A DNA stretch of 64,000 nt from Gonapodya sp. JEL0774 (taxonomy: Eukaryota), in contig JADIIX010000021.1 of NCBI GenBank assembly GCA_027604505.1, forward strand, positions 1-64,000, given 5' to 3'. This document shows positions 33,855 to 48,146 of the stretch, one piece after another. How positions within the stretch are numbered: position 1 is the stretch's first letter; every line of letters starts with the position of its first letter. Under the pieces are notes generated by a model that was not told the origin of the DNA, did not search any database, and saw nothing but the letters and a program-made list of their open reading frames with translations. Both the position numbers and the translations under genes were made by a program.

Positions 33855-36151
33855 ATGCCACCACCGATGGCGGCTTTTCTTGAACTTTTGACCTTTGGAA
33901 ATGTCGTCTTGGCTCTTGTCATCGTCATCGTCACCCGTCGTTTGGTCGCTGCCTACGACGCCCTGGTGGTCTCCCCGTTGCGACTGCTCCCAAGCAAGCT
34001 GATGCCGTTTCTCGCTCCGGAAATGACGTTGTGGTATATACTGCGAGGGAAATTCTTCTCATACGTGTGGAACTTGCACAGCGAGCTGGGATCAATCGTC
34101 AGGTGCGGCGAATGGAATGGGGCAGCCCGCATCCCAGTCTGTGGTTTCACTCATTTCATTTCGGTTTTATTATTTCATTCAAATCGTCAGAGTCGGACCG
34201 GATTCGGTCAGTATCGCTGATCCACGGGTCGCTTACCAGGTGATTGCCGAGAGGCCCGATGTTGCGCCAAAGCACACTCATCGAATCACCATCCAACACT
34301 TGTGATTCGTTCAAAGCTCCTTCGCATTGACGACATCAGTAAGAATGAACAAGTTTACAGGCGCCTTCGTCTTATCGATGGAGTGCGTGGATATTTTGCG
34401 ATGACGCATGCCTATTTGGCTCCGTCCCACCAACCACCTTTCACAACTCTACCGCAACCACCACCAGGAACCGGAGAATCTCCTACAAACCGTCGACCGT
34501 GGTGTCCACAAACGCGCCCGACGGATGGTCTCGCCCGCGTTCAGCATAAAGTACCTCAACAACCTCGAGCACTTTATCTACGAAGTGTGGGAGACGTTCG
34601 AACACAAGTGCAAGACCGATATCGCTGCGAGCGTGGATGGAAGTGTGACAGTAGAGGCAATGGGTTTCTTCCATGTAAGTGGATCGGGAACAATTTTTGT
34701 GTTAACTCTGACTATCCGCGTTAATTACAAATTTCGATGACACTTTCTTGCTCGAATCACTTACCTCGAAAAGAACATTGCCATGGACGTGATCGGCACA
34801 ACAGCATTCGGCAAATCGTTCGGCATGGTCGAGTCTGGAAAGCACCCACTCCTCTCCGCGATCAACAACCTCCTAATATTTGCGCAAGTATGAATCTCCC
34901 TGCTTGCTACTGTCACGCTCTTTGCATTGCCTTTCCGCCAACGTACCGCTTCTCGTGGTCAGATCAAAATGGCGATTCCTATCCTGCAAAAGATACCCTG
35001 GAAGTACCTTCCCATCCGGGCCTCCATGGAACTCATGTCTTCGGTCCGCTCCAGCATGCTCCAAGATCGACAAAATCTCAATGCTACAGGAGTGAAGCGC
35101 ACAGACATTTTGCAGATGCTGCTCGACCACGTCGATTCTCTCTCGGGCACCCGTCTTACACCAGTAGAGGTGACCAACAATGCTAATCTATTCATTATTG
35201 CAGGAAGGTGAGAGACTCGTGCTCTTTGCAGGTGCTTGGGTCCATTTCGAGTAACATTTTAACAAATGACACAACTTTTACCTTCAGTGAAACGAGCTCG
35301 AATGTCATGGCTTGGTTCATGTACTTCGCCCTCCGAGATCCCAAGGTGCACGCCCGCCTCGTGGAGGAGCTCGACAATACCTTCCCCAATGGTCTCACCG
35401 AGCCCCTCAGTCTCAGCAAGCTGAAAACCCTCACCTATCTCGATGCTGCAATTAAAGAGACGATGAGGCTGCGACCGGTGGTTACGGGAGTGGCGCGCAA
35501 GCTGGACAACACCACCGTCGTGACGGGAATCGGAGTTGACGGGATACAGACCAACTACACTCTTCCAGCAGGCACGAAAATGTCAATATCGTTTTATGCA
35601 ATACAGACTAGTCCGAAAAGTAAGTTTACTTTAATCGGTTGTAGGGCCTTGCAGTATTACCAACCGGACTCTCACCTCTCGTTTGATCACATTTCCACAG
35701 TTTGGCTACGGGCTGGCGAGTTTCTCCCCGAGCGGTGGATGTCTGACTCGACGGATCACCCTGCCGAAGAAGAAGCGTGGGGGATCGATGGGATAGAACA
35801 CGAAGATTCCGAAACTGACCAAGCAAGTGCGATGTATGGAAAGCCCAGGCTCGTCAACAGAGATGCGTACTGGCCCTTCTCACTGGGTTCGAGGTGAGGT
35901 CTAAATTGACCGCGCTGTAAAATCACGAACCTTTCCTCACCGCGCCAGAGAATATTTTGCTTCTCAGAGACTGTGTCGGTCGCAACTTTGCCCTCAATGA
36001 AATCCGGATGGTGCTAGGCCACCTCTTCCGGCGGTTTGAGATCCAGCCCGCGTACGACCCGAAGGGGATAATCGTTGGTACATCAATCTTGACTCTCCGC
36101 ATCGACAGGAAAGATGGTTTGCCTTTACGTTTGATCCCGCGGAAAGCGTAA
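33855..36151 (+). CDS. Cytochrome P450; multi-exon
   Basis: N-terminal TM, I-helix FIIAG|SETS, ExxR (KETMR), PERW, and heme motif PFSLGSR|DCVG. Confidence 0.95.
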
Positions 36152-36738
36152 ATGTCGAGGACTTCTTGCCCCACCAACTCAGATATATTGCATGAAGCAC
36201 ATGTAAAGGAGCATTCCATTCAACCGGCAAGACTCCCTCAGGCAAAATAAGATGTGCATGAGCTTCAAAAGCTCATGCAATCTTTCCTCTATGAGACAAT
36301 GAAAGGTATTTTTCAGAAAGAGACGACCGGAGCAGGCAACGAAATATTATCCTCTCTAACGGGTGTGTTTCGTTCATTCGTTTGTGGGGTGAGGGTGCTT
36401 GCTTTACAACATTAGATATATATATATTATTATTATCATAATTATATTACGAGGTAGAAAACCTTGTCCAGGTCTTGGCGCCTCAGCGGATATATACTTT
36501 ATTCGATGCTCCAGTATTTTGGATATCACCGATATCCATATATATCAACGTACCATTTAAAGTGAAATATCTGTTTTCGACATCGTCATTCCGAATCGAA
36601 ATCTCCGTGGAAAATGTCTTCCAAAACTCTTGATGGGGGTCCGAAGGTCGTGAATGAAGGTGGGGAGACAGTCCAATGATGATCCGTCCTTGCAAACCCC
36701 CTCATCTTGCGTCGAATCTTCTTTAACGTTGCGGATAG

Positions 36739-39584
36739 ATGAATTACTAGTGAGATTTTCAATCGTTTCGTGTGATCAGCTCCGTGCAGTAAGGGCTTGA
36801 CCATTTTCATCTCGTGATGAAGCTCGCCAAGCTGGGATACCGTGAGCTGAAAACGACTATTCCAGAGTTCCGTAAACTGTAGTCTGATCACCAACTCTCC
36901 AATTTAATTTAAACAGGCCAGGAGCTCAAGCGTTCATGGGGATTCCTCCTCAATATGGGTGGGCTCGTGTAACTGCTCTCACCCTCCGAGTACTCTGACA
37001 TATGCGTTCGAACCATGCACCATATAGGAACAGGCTTGGGGTACATCGGTGTGCTTCATGTTCTCTGCTATTTCTTGCCCTTCTTCTGCTGATTGTATCT
37101 AACAACTCAGGGATCATTTCGTCTATTGCTACTCTGTACTCCTTCGCGGTACGCAAAAAATGCCGGGGCAGCAATGCAGCCTAGGGTGTTTGAACTCACA
37201 CTCGAGCTTCCACTTCATTATCCAGTTCAGAACCGGTGGTCCCCAGACCATGCTGATCGGATGGGTGCGTGCATCAATTCATATTTCGCATTCCACACAC
37301 AAAACAAAACAAAAACAACACTTACCTCTGCTGATACAATAAACTTCAGCCCGTCGCCGCGTTCTTTTGCATGTCTACCTGTCTTTCTATGGCCGAGATT
37401 TGTTCAACGTATCCTACAGCAGGCGGACTCTACTACTGGTGAGAGATTACAACACAATGCGCGCACCAGAGGGAAGCAATACTTGACATCTGCCATTTCT
37501 GTAAAGGTCCGCAAAGCTTGCATCGAATGGCTGGGGGCCATATATGGCCTGGGTCACGGTATGACAAAGACCCTTGTTCATACTCGGGATTCGTTCCTCG
37601 CTCAAACATTGGTTTTTACTAGGGTTGGTTCAACATATTCGGGATGTTGAATGGAAGTCCCGCAACTGCGTTGGAGTTTGCCAACATTTTCGTGAGCAAA
37701 TACCTGTTTTGACCTGAGGCGCTAGTTCACGTTAACTGTTCCCAATCGTGTCAAAAGGCATCTGCCGTCCAGCTAAACGACCCCGATTTCGTTCCATCTG
37801 CGGGTTGGCTGTATGGTATTGCACTCGTGTACGCGTTCTTGGGTAGCTTCACGAACTCGATAGGAGAGAAGTCGCTTCGCGCCTTCACTTATCTGGCATT
37901 GTTTGGTATCGGAACTGGGGTAATAGTTATGGGAGGTGAGTTTTTTCTGGACGCTCCCTTTAGCGCATAGATTGACTTTAATGTGGTGCGCATAGTCCCG
38001 CTGTTGGTAATGGCCCCGACAAAAGCCTCCGCATCTTTCGCTTTCGGAACTTTTGTGGACAAGACCGGTGAGTCAAATTCTTATGGAGGTGCCTTGCTTC
38101 GGTTCTTTCCGCCGTAATTATTTGTCACTTTAGGATGGCATAGCCAGGCAGTTGTGTTCCAGTTGGGACTGCTGTGAGTGAGATACATTCATGGCGAGGT
38201 TTCCACAGTGCCCTCACGAACTTCAAAAAGTCTTCCGATCTGGTGCTTCTGGGGATACGATGCATCTGCTCACATCAGTGAGGAAACCGTGGACGCCGCC
38301 AGCACGCCTGCGAAATCCATTATTGCCGCATTGGGCTTGTCCATCGTGCTCGGCTACATCTTCCTATTGATCCTCAATTTCATTGTTGTTGATGTGGATT
38401 ACGTCCTGGACTGCCCGTACAACGAAGACTTGGTCTGCGTGTTCTTACTCGTGAGCTTCGGTGCGCGCTGTTCCGCTTTCTCGAATCACAGTTGAGTTTA
38501 CCGCCAAAATAGGGAACCAATGGCAACAAGAGCATGACAATGTTCCTCACTATTTGGACGCTGTTCCAGTTCTTGTTCATGACCATCGCCGCTCACAACG
38601 GAGCATCCCGTGCCATTTGTGGGTGTTGCCGCGTGCTTGTATTTTAGTTCCGCACCACCTAACCGTTCCCCTACTACTACGCATTAATTGCACTCGGTCA
38701 ACACAGATTCTTGGTGAGTGCACTTGTTGTGTCCAGTTTTGTCGCCGCATCAGTTTCTGATATCAAGCGTTTCCTTTCCAGGGCAAGAGATGGAGCCATT
38801 CCTCAGTGGTTCGCATACGTTCATCCCGGAACACAGCAGCCGCTGAGGACCATCTGGGCACATTTCTTCTTCACTGCACTTCTAATGCTGGTTAACTTTG
38901 GAAGTACGACAGCCATTAGTGCTTTCTCGGCATTCAGTACTGTCGGGATGTACACGGCGTAAGTACATTTTATGGGCACGTCGGGACCACGTGATGAATG
39001 CGATTCTGTGCCTCCAGATACACACTTCCGACAATTTGCAAACTCATTTGGGCCAGGGACACATTCAAGCAGAGTGCTGTCAGTGAGTTGCAGCTCTGAA
39101 GCATTCTACTGGAACCCGCATATTATATGCTGATCAATTTCTGCGGCACTGTGAAAACAGATCTCGGATCTTTCTCTCTCATTGTGAATAGTGTCGCTAC
39201 TGCTTGGTTGGTTTACGTCATTATCATTCTATCGTTGCCGCATGTGAGTGTCAGACAAGCACTGTTGCATTTGCAATGCTCGCATTCTGACAGCCGCCGT
39301 ATTCGCAATCTAGAAAATTCCAGTCACGCAGAAAAACATCAACTACACCCCGATCAGTGAGTGCCTCTTCTTTCGGCGTGAGATGTGATCGTCTGGAAAC
39401 GTCTTCCCGTTTCTGAATTCCAGTGTTCGTCGGCATCTTATCCCTGATCACACTCTGGTGGGTATTGGGCGCCAAGAATTATTTCACTGGTCCAAAGCAG
39501 CACGTATCTCCGGAGGAGGTGGAAGCGTTGGAGAAGGACGCTGCTGCATGGGGTACGAAAGGTGGCGCGGCAGACACCGCCTGA
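36739..39584 (+). CDS. APC-superfamily amino acid/GABA-type permease, paralog 1; many small exons, start approximate
   Basis: LAKLGY, QELKRSWG, AEICSTYPTAGGLYYW, FWGYDASAHISEET, ARDGAIP and YFTGP. Confidence 0.9.
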
Positions 39585-39822
39585 AAGTCAGTTGAACAGT
39601 CGTGTAACCAGAAGTCCTCCTTTGCTCTGTCGAAATTTCTTTCATTGATAGCGAAATGTAGTATAATTGAAAGGGATAAGTGAAAGTGAGATCCTGAGTA
39701 TTGTTCCCCCCACAATCTCACCCAAAGCCCCTTCGGGGTGGAACCTCGACGCATTGGAAAATGCTGGATTCCCACACTATGGTGTAATGCCGATCTTTCA
39801 CCAATACTATCATCATTCTCAC

Positions 39823-41960
39823 TCAACCTGATACACCGATAGTCCCTGGCTCGCCAGCGCTACGATCATCAATTATCCACCGTCCAAACTCAACGTCATC
39901 TGCCCTCCATTCCACCTTCCACCCTCCATCCGCCAGTTTACTAACGCTCACCCCGGGCAACGCCTTGTCGCTCAATACCTCGGGAATCCACCGTTCCGGT
40001 AACTGAATCGCCAACGACTCGGCGTGAAGACACATACGCGGGCTAGCAACCGCTTCCCACCGAGGGCGCAACATCGCTTCTGGAAGCGTAGTGGAGTCGG
40101 ATACGAGTGGGGTCTGGACAGTGGAGTCCGTCACGAGGTCGTAGGTCGTGTCACCGAGGACCGGACACCCCAGGCAAAATGCGGCGTGGACACGGATTTG
40201 ATGGCGGCGGCCGGTGATGGGATAAGCACGAAGGAGGGTGCAAGGAGATGGGTGTCCAGGTTGGGAAAGAAGTGCGATCGTCTGGGGTGGCGAACCGCGA
40301 GGTGCAATGGGAGGTGGAGGGGAGGGAAGACGTACATGACCGATGCGCAAGATTTCAAACTCAGTGGTAGCTGACTTTGGTCGTGAATGAGCTCACAGTC
40401 AGTCTCTGAGATTCAAAATGCGTAAACTCGAAGGCAGCCAACACTAACCCGGCCTTCACCTTTGGCACCGATTCTCATCCTCCTATTCGTTCCTATCACA
40501 TCTGCCACCGGTGCTTCAACTCGGAGACGGCTTACCGAGGACTCCGAGTACGAGGGAACCATTGTGACCGTTTGCGTGTCGGGGGAACCATTCGCCGGAT
40601 TCGGATCGGCCGCGGGCTGGGAACGGGGCGAGTGTGCGAAAGAAGAGATATCAACGTGACCTCGAACGAGCACGAGGTAGGTTTTGCGGGCGGCACGAGA
40701 TTGGAACTGTTTGCCGCTGGGGAGGAAGATGACGGACAAGACACAACCGTCGCGAGCCTCAGACATTCGCCACTCGCCGTATCCGCCACACCACACACGG
40801 CGAGACTCACACGATGCCCGCAGCTCCAGATGATGTCGCCCACAAGTGTACACCGCTGGTGGCAGAGTCCAGCTGGTGGGTGGGAAAAAGTTTAGAGTTC
40901 CTCGTGCGATCGGGAGGAGTCACACTCGAGAAGGAGGAGAGAGGGGTGGGGGCGGGAAAGAGGTGGGATTCGAGGAGATTTTGTTCGTTGGGGCGAGTGA
41001 GGAAGTGCGGGTTGGGTGGTGCGGTATTGAGGCGGGAGGAGGCAACCATATGGGCGGGGCCGGGTGGTGGAACGGGTGGTTCAGCGGACGAGAAAAGAGT
41101 ACCCGAGTTGTTTGCGCATGTGACGTCGGGGAATGTGCCGTTGTCGTCTCTTTGTCGACTATTGGTGTCACTGACGTTTGTTTCAGAGGAGGCTCCCGGT
41201 TGGATGGTCGAGTTGACCAGTCCCCCTCCACTCGCACCTTTGTGGTACCGCGCAGGCTCGTCAATGGGCAGATCCCAACTACATGGTACCATTGTACACG
41301 ATCGGGCGCCGTGGATAGTGGATATGAATTCAGTGAAGCGAGAGACACCCAGGAGGTGTCCGTGTGAGAGTGAGCTCCAACGAGTGTTCTAAGAACGTGC
41401 ATCATTCGTGGCCACGGTGAAGTCACTCACGGCTTGTTCACGACTACAAAGTTGGTGTCCCAATACAGCAAGGGAACATGAACCCGTCGAGACGGCACGT
41501 CTTGATTCTGGAGTTGTGACATTCCCGACCACGAGTTTTCCAACTCTGGATTATTGTCCATGTCGATGGCGTCAGAACTGGAATCCCCGTGACGCCATGC
41601 ACGTCTGTTGACCTCTCTCCAATCCACCGTTGTGCATGTCACCTCAGGCCATCGTGTCTCGGGCACAAGTACAGGTCCGCTGATACTCGAGCTTGATCCT
41701 CCTCCGCTGGGATCATATTTGTAGCGATCGCGAGCGAGTTTCCGATTCTCGTGAAGCAAACGTTTCCGCAGTGATTTCGGGAGTTTCGGGACGGAAGCGG
41801 TTTCATCCTGGTTTCCTACTACTGCAGACTGGTCGTCGACGATCAATTCTCGGGCGTCCGAATCGAGCTCAAATGACGAAAGTTCGTCCATGAATTGATA
41901 GTAGCAAACTGTACAACCCGAAGAACAAGTGGGAATTTTTCTATGGGTTTTATGGTCCAT
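39823..41960 (-). CDS. RluA-family pseudouridine synthase (RPUSD1-like); multi-exon
   Basis: VVVNKP, HQLDSATSG, KTYLVLVRG, PITGRRHQIRVH, PVLGDTTY and RMCLHA. Confidence 0.9.
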
Positions 41961-43140
41961 GATACTGCAACCATGGCGGTGGTTTACTCCAACACCGACA
42001 GCGCATCACTATTACGCTGTACTACGATTGAAAAGCATCGTAACATCAACAAATCCGTCTCAATTTGCACTTGGATAGCTGTGACATTTATCTAAGATGC
42101 TCTTCGGTGATTTGAGGTAAGCCCTCGACACGTCGAGCTATAATGGGAGCTATTATAATGGACTCTGAACGAAGGAGTATATGTGGAAGATTCTTGATGT
42201 GTTAATATCTGCTCAAAGTTGCCGTGGACAAGACTACATATATGGACTTATTCACAACATACATGATCACATCCGTTTACAGCGAGCTTGAATGGCAGTT
42301 CGTCCGCAAACTTGTGTCCTGATTATCACTAGGTGGAACTACAGTAATTTGGTCTTTACAAAATCTTTAGTCCAGAGAATGTTGCTATCGTCAAAGAACA
42401 GACCACACCGAGAACAACATATAACTGGGTAACGCGGATAAGCAAACATTATGGCTTCTCTTGGTATAACGACGAAACTCTGAGTTCAGAAAAGGCACCA
42501 ACACAGTATTAATTACATATCCGTATATTACATATATGTCTGTGCCAAGAGAGGAACATGCCGAGTCACCTCCGATCAAAACACAAAACAGTGCCGGGGT
42601 TTATCTTTATCGACAAACACAACAGACAGGCACAACAACAGAGTGTAGCTTACTTCGCTCCACAGCGGTAGTCCTGACAAATTTGCGCATCCCGGTGTCG
42701 ATGTCGGACAAGCGTTTGCTTCCGGTTCAAAAGTGACGTGCATCGCATAACACAACGACAACAGCATCAGCAGAAACAGCACTCGACCGCTCGAAATGGA
42801 TAAAACCAAGTAGCAGTAATATATAAAGATTGTGGCGGAGGACGAAGGGGCGTTTGATTTGTCGGCCCGCTTTATGGCGCGGTTCTCTATGAAAGAAGGA
42901 TCCATTTGATCCACCACCTCCCGAAATTTCAGAAACCAATTGATTCCGGTTTCCACAAACTTGCCCGAGCTTCAAATCTGAACTTTCTTGATGTCTGCAG
43001 GAGTCTTGAACGACGGTATGCTCCCTGTTACGTGTACGAGCGAATTCGCGGAGAGTCTGAGATTCGGCCTTGGCCCTCGCTCCGCCCATCGCTCCTCTGT
43101 GTTGGTAAACCCCCCACCCTTTTTGAAACAACCAAAACAG

Positions 43141-46008
43141 ATGAGCTCCAGGTACGCACTCCCGCCGACATATTTTGTATTCTTTTCGCGATCTGACTGT
43201 CTCGATCTCCCGGTTGCGCAGCTCGCCAAGCTCGGATACCGTAAGCTGGAGATGACCGTTTTACAAGTGCTAAAAATTGCAACCTGAGCACCGATCTTCA
43301 TCTTTGAATAGGCCAGGAACTGAATCGTTCATGGGGATTCTTCCTCAACATGGGTAAGTGGGGTCTCGCTGCGGCTTCCCTTGCGCCGATAAATTTCTAA
43401 CATAAACTATTCGAACAATAAAAAACAACGTAGGAACGAGCTTGGGCTACATCGGTAAGCTTCACTGTTTCCACGAGTGCTTCTGTATTCCTGTTTCACA
43501 CCGAGCCATATGTTCAGGTATCATTTCCTCTATTGCGACTCTCTACTCCTTTGCGGTACGCAGAAACGTTTAGCAGCATGCAAAAGTAACTTCCACGCTA
43601 GACCATTTCCATGTTTTATTCTAGTTCAAATCCGGTGGTCCCCAGACCATGCTGATCGGATGGGTGAGTGATCTCGTTGTTGTTCTTCGTTGCTCACACA
43701 ACCCTCACCCGTCCGAAACAATGAAAACCTACAGCCCGTCGCCGCCTTCTTCTGCATGTCTACTTGTCTCTCTATGGCTGAAATTTGTTCGACGTACCCC
43801 ACGGCAGGTGGACTCTACTACTGGTGAGAATCGCACCAGAATCGCCTGTTCAGAATCGGTTTGATGTCGCATTAACTTCGACCGCAAATGTCCCGTGTCA
43901 TTTCAGGTCAGCGAAATTGGCGACTGGTGGATGGGGACCGTACATGGCCTGGATCACGGTACGAAAAATTTGTCCGGTGCGCACGATGCTATAGATCGAC
44001 CCAACCCTTAATCGGCTCATTTAGGGCTGGTTCAACATTTTTGGAATGCTCAACGGAAGTCCCGCTACGGCCCTGCAGTTCGCCAGTATTGCTGTGAGTT
44101 TTGGATCATTTTCGAAAAGTCACCAAATGAATGAATGTTCACGAAAATGCACCCTTTTAAGGCCGCCGCTGTGCAGATTCATGACCCTGACTTTGTTCCT
44201 TCGAACGGCTGGCTCTACGGTGTCGCCATTGTGTACGCCTTCCTGGGTAGCTTCACCAACTCGATCGGAGAGAAGCCCTTGCGTGCCTTCACTTGGCTTG
44301 CACTCGTGGGCATCGCTTCCGGAGTAGTTGTCATTGGCGGTGAGTAACGTAATGGTAATGTTCGGGCACACAGGGAGCTCAAGAACTGTGGGTCACACAT
44401 CCATAGTGCCGCTCCTCGTGTTGGCGCCAACCAAGGCCTCGGCATCGTTTGCTTTCGGAACTTTTGTTGATAAAACAGGTGAGCCGGTTTGGGCCACACA
44501 CAGCTCTTGTATGCGTGTTCACCAGATCGCGTTTGCGGTTGGCAGGATGGAACAGCCAGGCAACCGTATTCCAGCTGGGATTTTTGTAAGTTCACATCTT
44601 CCCAATTTAGTATTGGTATTGTTTCCGACCCTAGTGATCCCCTTGTAAGACTTCCCATCTGGTGCTTCTGGGGTTACGACGCCTCGGCCCACATTTCGGA
44701 AGAAACCGTGGACGCTTCGAGCACACCCGCCAAATCTATCATTGCCTCGCTGAGCTTGTCTATTGTCCTTGGTTACATATTCCTCCTGATTCTCAACTTT
44801 GTCGTCACTGATATCGAGTACGTTTTGGACTGCCCATACAATGAAGATTTAGTCTGCGTCTATTTGTTGGTACGTTCAATTACACATGCGAGCCCCATTA
44901 TTGGATCAGCCGTCAACAGAGATTTCCACAGGGAAGCGGTGGTAACAAGGAAATGGCTTTGTTCCTTACGATCTGGACCCTTCTGCAGTTCGTATTCATG
45001 ACCATCGCGGCACACAACGGAGCATCTCGTGCTATCTGTGAGTATTCACCCCAGAAAAGAAGTTTACGTGATTGCAACTCAATTCACCAACAACGAAACA
45101 CGTTCCACGTGTGGGAATGCTGGCATCCACCTCCAGATTCTTGGTGAGTTGACTTGTTGTACGCCATCATCTGTAACTGTATTTTCACCGCTTGACGCAC
45201 ACATTCACCCATGTAGGGCGAGAGACGGTGCCATTCCACAATGGTTCGCATACGTACACCCGGGCACAAAGCAGCCGCTGAGAACCATTTGGGTTCACTT
45301 CTTCTTCACGGCTTTCTTGATGCTTGTGAACTTTGGAAGTTCGACTGCTATCAGTGCGTTCTCGGCATTCAGTACTGTCGGAATGTACACAGCGTAAGTA
45401 CACTTCATCCGCGGTGACTCGACTGTGCGCTGACCGTTGCTAATCCTTCCTTAGCTACACAATACCAACGATTTGCAAACTTATCTGGGCAAGGGACTCT
45501 TTCAAGCAAAGCTCCATCAGTGAGTCGGTGCATTTGAAAGTCTAACCCACGTCCTGATTCTAATGGTTTCACAACTTGCCGCCCTCTATGAAGACCTTGG
45601 ACGCTTCTCTCTCTTGATCAATGCTGTTGCCACTGCTTGGCTTGTTTATGTCGTTGTTATTTTATCTTTGCCACACGTGAGTTTGTCCGGTGGTGGTCGC
45701 CTGTTTTGAGTGTTGAGAGACTGAACGAATCTCTGTCAACTTCAGAAAATACCCGTTACCCAGAAGAACATCAACTACACTCCCATCAGTAAGTGTTTTG
45801 CGGCAAAGGAATCTATTGTTTATTAATCTTACTTTGGAACTGCTGTCACTTCTTGTTTCCAGTGTTTGTCGGAATTTTCGTCCTCATCAACATCTGGTGG
45901 GTCCTTGGCGCCAAGAAATACTTCACCGGACCAAGACAGCATGTGTCAGTCGAGGAGGTGGAGGCTATGGAAAAGGAAAAGCTTGCACTCGACACAATCG
46001 AGGCTTGA
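43141..46008 (+). CDS. APC-superfamily amino acid/GABA-type permease, paralog 2; start approximate
   Basis: Same motifs and apparently the same intron positions as 36739-39584; exons are highly similar and introns have diverged. Confidence 0.9.
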
Positions 46009-46507
46009 CGGCTACTTTGAGAGAGTGATGTTTTCGTGTATATATAGTTGTATGTGTCATTTCTACTGACAAGAAGGGGATCCATGATCGTTCTCTCTAT
46101 GATTATGAGTTTGCTAGAGAAATTTTGTGTGTTCAATATGAGCAGTGGTGCTATCCTCTTCGCTTCCGCCACCTTCAAACATCAATCGCGTTCCTTAAAA
46201 CGGTCCAGTTATCTGTCGGGACTTGCACATTTGAACACCTTACATTCCACCTCTTCCGCGAAGCTGTGAATGTACATACAGAAGGGTGACCGCGTCGCGC
46301 GTTCACCGACAACGTTTCTCCAACAATTGCATTGAACACTTTAGCACTAGAATATCAGATTCTTGGGACAAACGAAAATGTGCGGTTTTCGTTTTGTAAT
46401 CATGTGAATCGCAACTCGGGTCGTATCCGTGCACTGGGCGAACCTGCGAACCCGGCAGTACAATCAAAACCTTGATTTGAGCTCGGAAAACGCAGAGGAG
46501 CGCGGAA

Positions 46508-47948
46508 ATGTATGGCCGAAAGCAGAAACGGCCAGTGCCACGCTCATTTTCCTTTGTCGAATCGGATGGACGGTCGCGGGAAGGAGGGAGCTGGGAACGA
46601 ACTCTGGTTTCTGCTGGGGGCAAAAGCGAGGAGGTTGGAGGGCGAGAGAAGGCAGATGTGGAAAAAAATCGAGAAGCTCACATTACTTCCGCCGCTGGAC
46701 CTGTCGATGGCCCAAGGGACGGTCCCATGAACGATTTTGGGGGGGCAGCCGCTTTGGCTGCAGACTCGCCCCAGTCTTTCCATACGGCTGAGATGGAAAG
46801 CTCTCCGGTTACGGATCCTGCTTGGACTCGGACCGCGACGACGCGGGCGCGGACAGTTCGACCAACACCGGCTGTGGGTGCAAGGTCGAGGGCGGAGAAA
46901 CCAGCAAGGGATGCAGGGAACGGGAGACCTTTGACCGCACACGTAACAGACATTGGCGAGTCGGACCTTTTCGTGGCAGATGTGCCTGTATTCTCGGTCA
47001 CGCTGGTGGCGACCCCGACAACGGCTGTGAATGGTCGGGCAGGGCGCACAGCCGTGGGTCGTACCGGGATCCCTGCAGGTGCAGCGGGTCTAGCAGCAGC
47101 GAGAGTATCTCGCCAATATGGCGCATCTCGATCGGGAAATAGAGTCAGCCGGACGGACCCGTTCCCGTTACCCGGCTCAGAGGAGAGGCATCGTCCATCC
47201 CTGCACACCGGGAAAAGGCCAGGCCCCCGTTCGCCCCCTGCCACTACACCCACTTTGGATGAGTCAGAGACCCAAGGGATTGACGCTGGAGCTGATATCA
47301 GGACGAGGCGGAAGGTAGCACCAAAACCGACTCCAGGTCAGTTGAAAATCAGACCACCGAAGCACGACGAGCTTGGAGCTGAAGCCAATCGAAAGAATCA
47401 ACCATGGTGTGAGCATGTCGTCTCACCGGACACCACGTCCGAATGGATAGCCCTAATTCTGGACAGCGAAGTCACGAACGAGCGGATGAATCTGTTCAAA
47501 GCATGGACGATTGTCTGAGACCAGAATCGGAGACGCATCTCTGTCCGAAAAAACTTCTTTTGTTCAAGCGTCTTCATTTGTATTGACAACTCCACATTCC
47601 CTCTTCAGAAGCAGCTGCGCGAGCCTCCTCTCACACCCCTCCAACACCCCCTACATCCACTTCAGCCCGCTCACGCCACACGGTACCATCACCTGGTCCA
47701 TCATACGGGAACACCACTGTGCGACGAAAGCCTATGGACCACGGTGAGATTCGTGTAGCCTGATGGAACGACGGGGATTTGCGCGCTTGGTCGTCGATTC
47801 GCTGTTGCAGCGTGCTGACCAACTTTACATGGTCTTGTGGTTGTATTGTTTCTTCCCATTCAACGTTCCAGCACCAGTTACGACGGTCAAGCCAACAAGG
47901 ACGCGGAGAGAAGGCGGTGTTAGTGAGTTCAAATCTGTTTGGGCTTAA
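46508..47948 (+). pseudogene. Low-complexity ORF plus fragments, possibly a decayed haspin paralog
   Basis: 336-aa disordered ORF. Downstream fragments GFARL and QLYMVL echo GFVKL and QLYMVL of the adjacent haspin. Confidence 0.3.
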
Positions 47949-48146
47949 CTTGGTGTTGTCCTTTAAAGGGTGGTTTATGGGTGATGCTGACGTATTGTTT
48001 CTTGTTCTCTAATTAACATTACAATGCAGCTGCGCCGACTCTTGCCACCGCTGCGAAGGCGAAACGACAAGCGCGGTCTGGTGAAAGTGAGTGATCCCAG
48101 TATTGCCTCTGGCGATGCTTCAGTCTACTCAATCACGGTTTAACAC

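Noticed and set aside
36414..36450. AT-rich (TA)n/(TTA)n tract
   Set aside because: Ordinary short intergenic microsatellite.
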